64,000 nucleotides of DNA from assembly GCA_002269645.1 (NCBI GenBank), contig NIVC01003907.1, positions 1-64,000 on the forward strand. Direction: 5' to 3'. The position numbers and the translations under genes were made by a program. Each line of letters begins with the position of its first letter. Within the stretch, counting starts at the first letter, position 1. Origin of the DNA: Macrostomum lignano. Taxonomy: Eukaryota. The notes below the pieces were generated by a model. It worked only from the letters and a program-made list of their open reading frames with translations. It did no database searches and was not told the origin of the DNA. Shown piece by piece: positions 61,590 through 64,000 of this stretch.

Positions 61590-62175
61590 GGGCCCAGCAC
61601 CCCCCCACCGTGAGCATCATCCCGCACTGAGGGCCCAGCCCCCCCCCCACCGTGAGCATCATCCCACACTGACGGCCCAGCACCCCCCACCGTGAGCATC
61701 ATCCCGCACTGAGGGCCCAGCCCCCCCCCCACCGTGAGCATCATCCCGCACTGAGGGCCCAGCCCCCCCCCACCGTGAGCATCATCCCACACTGACGGCC
61801 CAGCACCCCCCACCGTGAGCATCATCCCACACTGACGGCCCAGCACCCCCACCGTGAGCATCATCCCGCACTGAGGGCCCAGCCCCCCCCACCGTGAGCA
61901 TCATCCCGCACTGAGGGCCCAGCCCCCCCCCCACCGTGAGCATCATCCCACACTGACGGCCCAGCACCCCCCACCGTGAGCATCATCCCACACTGACGGC
62001 CCAGCACCCCCACCGTGAGCATCATCCCACACTGAGGGCCCAGCCCCCCCCCCCCCACCGTGAGCATCATCCCGCACTGAGGGCCCAGCCCCCCCACCGT
62101 GAGCATCATCCCACACTGACGGCCCAGCACCCCCCCACCGTGAGCATCATCCCGCACTGAGGGCCCAGCCCCCCG
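61566..62175. repeat. ~39-43-bp minisatellite made of the MED1 terminal codons and stop
   Basis: Unit ACCGTGAGCATCATCCCGCACTGAGGGCCCAGCCCCCCCC, ~15 copies, variable C-tract. Confidence 0.95.
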
Positions 62176-63556
62176 CTGTCTCAAAATTTCGAAACTGGCG
62201 CAAATGCGATATGATATGATGAAAATTCGTCAAACCGTTAGCTTTGCCATCAGAATTGTATATATAGTTGTTTACTATAATCCTTAATACAGATTATTTA
62301 TATTATAGTTGTCGGAGTGGACTTTTTTTAGTGCGTTTTTCCAGCGCTTCAGTTTGTACTTGCTGTCGCTGTTGTCACCAACAATGACCTTTTTTGTCCT
62401 TGTCTCTTGGCTCTAGTGCATCAAGTTTCAACGATTAATTAATGACCTGAAATTTGAAATTTAGTCAATTAAGTCTGCACTACTACTGATAGGCCTACTT
62501 ATATGAGTAGTACAATATGACTCTTAAAATTTTTGAGTATTACAAATTTCCCAATTGCCCGTTCATTTTACATGAGTCCCATGCCGCTAACTCAGTGCTG
62601 CCCCAGTCTGTATGTTTTTTTCTATTGTTGATAACTGACTTTTTAAAGGCTTTTTGGTTGTGCCCCAACCCAGAATCCGCCACTTCTGACTTTGAATCAT
62701 TGCGTCATTTCAGCCACTGCGTCATCTTTATGGCTCAGCGTTTAAATTATTTAATTTCTAATTGTACTTTTATATCAGAGATTTAAGCCTCGTCATATGC
62801 CCCCGCCAGTGCTCCATTTATTTATTTGTAGCCCCTGAGTTTAGTTTCACACACAGACTGTCTGCCCAGTTGCATCATGATTGACAGTACATTGTGAACT
62901 ATATATGAATGAGTATATGTCAATTTGTAATCCTAATAAGTTTGTTTACATGTTACTAACAAACTATTATTATTTCTATATCCATCATATTTTACAGTGA
63001 ACTGAACTCGGTCCCGCATGTATTTAAAGCTTACAAATTTGCAAACCGTTCTTGCGATTGTATTATATTATATATTATATATTATATTATAAACTAATTA
63101 TGGGTCTCTGCTGACTAAACGGTAAATACTGTTTTTCATGTCCAACCTTGCTGCTTCATTTTTATGTGATTGCGGACTCGAACTCCGGAGGGAGTTTATT
63201 ATAAAGCGGCAATCGACATTATTCAATTATTATTAGGCAGGTGTATTTCTGCGATTATGTAACAACGGCAATATTCTGCAGCAGTGCAACAACAGTCACG
63301 CTCGAGATGCACTTGGTCAAAACCTTCGCGAACTGCTTTTAGCAGCAGGGAAACTCTGCATTGCATGTCCATATCTTTGTGATTGCGAATTGAGCAAGGG
63401 GTCACACAGTCACAGTTGATTTGAAGTTTACAATTAGCCGTCCGTTAGGGCTCTTCCGTAGCCATAACAGGTGCATGTTCGCGGAGACACTCAATGGTGT
63501 TTGCACAACACCCGATAAAGTCTGAGTTCGAGTCATTCTACTCTCGATGCTCCAAA

Positions 63557-63694
63557 TCACTCCGACTCGTTAAACGCGTCCTCCATCTCCTGCAGCACGT
63601 AGCAGATGGTCTTGGCGTAGATCTGGGCGATGCTGTCGTTGAACCGGTCGGCCAGGGTGATCCTCACCGCTTCCAGGAACGGCTGCTCCATGGC
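63557..63694 (-). CDS. Terminal exon of a globin (globin X-like/neuroglobin-related G-H helices); upstream exons not identified, probably beyond the window
   Basis: Acceptor ccaattccccag, then AMEQPFLEAVRITLADRFNDSIAQIYAKTICYVLQEMEDAFNESE*. Resembles invertebrate GbX-like EEPFL.AVK.TLGDRYT....IY..TI.FIL. Confidence 0.7.
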   Translation of the reverse strand, partial: AMEQPFLEAVRITLADRFNDSIAQIYAKTICYVLQEMEDAFNESE

Positions 63695-64000
63695 CTGGGG
63701 GAATTGGCGCAGTTGGGTTGCTTAGTGAAATCTCCTCTGCTAATTGTGTCAGTGCACTTTGGCTTGGGGTCTCTGCTGCGGGTTCTGCGGATCACGTGTA
63801 CTTCAATTCTGGAACAGATCAACAGACTTATCTAGAGTTGTACCCGCTGTACACAGCACAGAACCGTAAATTTTGTTTGCGAGGTTATTTAATTAGCAGG
63901 TGCGCAGCCCACGCCATCGGATTAAGGCTAATCCAAGGCTGAGTCCGAATGCTGATTGAAACACAATCTGGTACAGAGGGACGGGGCTCGGCAATTCATC

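Overview
Eukaryotic (metazoan invertebrate) genomic DNA: GC-rich spliced exons, AT-rich introns and very many intronic minisatellites. The style resembles a flatworm such as Macrostomum, which is an inference I cannot verify here. Left to right: (1) a truncated duplicate of CCDC180 exons 4-5; (2) the 5' exons of a V-ATPase subunit a gene (-), head-to-head with (3) a complete CCDC180/CFAP76-like gene (+, at least 16 exons). Its introns host an alpha-arrestin gene (-), three CORE-type tRNA-SINEs and a degenerate Ty3/Gypsy LTR element that itself carries a 5'-truncated RTE-like LINE. (4) A cluster of four secreted three-exon fibrinogen-related genes with a Cys-containing PAN/apple-like N-terminus and signs of exon-restricted sequence exchange, interspersed with MITEs; (5) an AT-rich island with a decayed long palindrome; (6) a MED1-like gene (+) whose introns are filled with minisatellites and a Helentron-like insertion; (7) the last exon of a globin (-). 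Exon coordinates were derived by hand from GT-AG sites and reading-frame continuity. Family assignments rest on recalled motifs, not database searches.
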